From Trichoplax adhaerens (Eukaryota > Animalia > Placozoa), in NCBI RefSeq assembly GCF_000150275.1, contig NW_002060966.1, forward strand, positions 502,650 through 566,649: 64,000 nucleotides of DNA, read 5' to 3'. The translations under genes and the position numbers were made by a program. Below are positions 61,433 to 64,000 of the stretch, piece by piece (within the stretch, counting starts at the first letter, position 1; the number at the start of each line of letters is the position of its first letter). The notes below the pieces were generated by a model that worked only from the letters and a program-made list of their open reading frames with translations, had not been told where the DNA came from and made no database searches.

Positions 61433-62115
61433 GTAATTTTATTAGCATTTATAGTAGCATTTCAATTAATTTAAGAATGATATTTGATCATATTTCACCT
61501 AAATCACTTATTCAAAGGATAATCGTAACTAGGCATGCTATCTAGGGTTTTAGTAATCGATTAATTAGTAATTGCAAAACTAATATAACATCCTCGATAT
61601 TATAGATTTAATTAATTAAAATCAAATCTTTATTCTATTACAGCTACATAAGATAATTATTTAAAAATTTACTTTACTACTTAGATCGAAATAAATTACA
61701 TCTTTATTATTTATACTAAAATAAAGAGCATACCATCGTACGGTAACAACGTTAAATATTGCTGAAACACATGGTTTATAATTTACTACTTCTTCGAGTA
61801 AACGGATATAGACCAATCTCACTATTTTATTATTGCATAGAAAGCTAATATATCCATTTGAACTTCTTATCTTATATTGATATCAATATCATTTGCAGAT
61901 TAATACACTCGTACTGTTGTTATTTCGATATATCGCAATACGATTCCTTTATAAAACATACTCATGATATGGCGATCGAAATTGCAATAGCAAATTTACA
62001 ATAGCTTAGAATTCATTTATATGATAGCAGCAACTGATTGTTTACGGATGGTATATTGTAAATGAATTTATGTTTAATTCAGCATGTATTTACTAACGAC
62101 TTATTGTCATATTAG

Positions 62116-62267
62116 GGCATGGCATCAAAGGTACTCTACCACTTTGGGCCTTTGTCCTAATTATTATCGGTAGCTGTGCTGTACTGATAGGACTTTCCAT
62201 TGGCGTGGGATGTTGCATCTATAAGGCTGTCAAAAGAAGACGAAGTACACCATACAGACAAATATAA
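62116..62267 (+). CDS. CUB-TM gene 3, exon 6 (TM helix LPLWAFVLIIIGSCAVLIGLSIGVGCCI plus tail YKAVKRRRSTPYRQI*)
   Basis: Acceptor gtcatattag. TAA at 62265-62267. Confidence 0.65.
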
Positions 62268-64000
62268 TTGCATAACGCCTAACTTACAAGTTAATTGGTT
62301 TGGTTTGTTCATCTGAGACACACATAAAATACTAAAATTTAACAACTAAGTACATTCTTCATACTTGCTTTAACAATCGGCAAATGGATAGAGAATAATG
62401 TTCATTTGAGTTGCACTATTTTAGTGCCTCAAACATTATTTACTTTAAAGAATTATTCAACTATTTTAAAGCAGCGTCATAGACATTGGTATCAATGTTT
62501 CAACATGATTAACTAAGATAAAGCTCAATTAATTTTACTCAAAATTTAACCATATTTTTTATACTATCTTAAAATAGTAATACCAGTAGGACATCTGTAT
62601 ATTTCTTGGATTTAATGAATAAATTTGAAAAATGTACACATATATGTAGTGAAGCTCCAAATAAGCTTAAGACTGAAATTAAGGAATAATGCGAAAATCG
62701 ATAAATTGTACGCTAGGTTGTAAGACTACATAAGTTTCTAATTGTGGAAGATGTTTACGGAATGTATTGTAGTAATTGTGTAGAGATGTTTATATTAAGA
62801 TTCCGAGATAATAATAGATAGCGCTAATTATGTTAGTACTGTGAGATTTGTATTGTAACGCTTTAATTAGAAGCGCGAATTATGAACTGATAGCGTGATG
62901 GTAAATTTAGAGGCGAACTTGTAACTCAATTGGCAAGATATGATTGTGCTTGAAAGAAAATTATTGTGTAACTAATTGTATACAAATTTTGAATATTGCT
63001 GCGATAATTTAGAAAGTCCTTGGTAGATACGAGACAAACCTAATCTTATGTAATAAAGTGAAGTTTACAAAATCTGTAGTTCGTGTTGTATTTTTGAGAA
63101 GATACTTAATCACAATGTACAATAAACTTAGTTAATCATAAGGCACGGCAATATTTGCGCAAAATTTTGTACGAACAGTGCAAATGAAGAAGATATAGTC
63201 GCTACTTCATATTAATTTATTTCACTTAATATTTTGTACGCTTATTTGTAGTTCTAGCGTTATTTGACAGATAAAACATTTTAAATTTATTTTATTGTAA
63301 GAAATTGTACTCTGTGAATTATAGTATCTTATCGAAAGAGGTAGAAGAAAGTGTGATATAGACTCCATTCACTGATATCTTATTCTTGTTTTAGAATTAT
63401 TGAAGAACATATGCAATCAATATGATGTGGAATATTCAAATTTAGCAAATGAGATTAATTTTAATCTCGATTAATCATTTAAATTTTATAGCTTCATCCA
63501 CAGTAATTATGACTGCAAATTATTTCATGAAAGATTCAATAGATGACTTTTGCTGATTTCATCCTATCATAACAAAATAATGTATTTAGATACGTTATTC
63601 GCAAATTAGCAAAAGCAAATAATTTTGAGCATAAATTACTTCTTTATGTGATTGATTGCTACCGGCCTATGGCAACTCTTGGAGTAGATGTTATCAATAT
63701 TTATAAGATCTTATTGTGCTACAAACACGATAGTAGAATACCGTTATGTTGTAAATATAAGATATATTACATATATACGTATATAGATACTCTCATAATT
63801 GCAATTGAAATAGCATCTATCACACCCCAAACTAAAAAAAAATTTAATAGAATGCACTGTGTCTGATTTAAAGAAACAATAATTGCGATGAAGAAGCTGA
63901 AAAGAACGCCAATATCCTAAATAACGCTTAATCACTTTTCGTATGATAATTAAAATACAAGTCATGTATTCTATACCGTTTACACCATATATTATAAATT

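Noticed and set aside
1-64000. Search for tRNA, 5S/U-snRNA and CRISPR-like structures
   Set aside because: No GGTTCGAATCC-type T-loop or anticodon-arm contexts, no U1/U2/U6 or 5S signature strings, and no spacer-repeat architecture. The window is eukaryotic.

Overview
This is AT-rich (about 30-35% GC) nuclear DNA from an invertebrate metazoan, not a prokaryote. Genes are split by GT-AG introns of roughly 100 to 1,300 bp, and the conserved genes found here match animal orthologs. Ten protein-coding genes can be supported from the sequence (coordinates given are CDS extents).

- **TIR-only gene** (1237-2072, +): three exons encoding a small protein that is essentially one Toll/interleukin-1 receptor domain.
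- **piggyBac remnant** (about 5316-6160): a transposase pseudogene with the MGGVD and C-terminal zinc-finger motifs but internal stops.
- **Gene-poor stretch** (6-15 kb): about 9 kb with no ORF of 60 aa or more, carrying dispersed and tandem repeats.
- **TPR gene** (15067-17712, +): intronless, 881 aa, about 19 kinesin-light-chain-type TPR repeats and an N-terminal MGSGSS myristoylation-like motif.
- **UBXN11/socius ortholog** (19938-24356, -): coiled-coil, SEP and UBX domains.
- **CCDC81 ortholog** (26552-31144, +): 12 exons, transcribed divergently from the UBXN11 ortholog across a 2.2 kb intergenic region.
- **GNAT acetyltransferase** (35674-36510, +): intronless, 278 aa, YitH-like, sitting between diverged copies of a roughly 1.1-1.7 kb repeat. 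A degraded fragment of the same gene lies at about 37381-37480. This is a horizontal-transfer candidate.
- **Satellite array** (39020-41060): about 2 kb of composite satellite plus (TA)n/(GA)n microsatellites, directly upstream of the next gene.
- **CDK8/CDK19 ortholog** (41709 to at least 45480, +): 12 exons resolved.
- **Three tandem CUB paralogs** (48045-50604, 52943-55245, 59153-62267, all +): each has a signal peptide, one to three CUB domains on phase 1-1 exons, a transmembrane helix and a short tail. Satellite-like tandem repeats lie between them.

No rRNA, tRNA, snRNA or CRISPR features were seen. The most unusual items are the three-gene CUB array, the intronless GNAT gene inside a segmental duplication, and the standalone TIR and N-myristoylated TPR genes.
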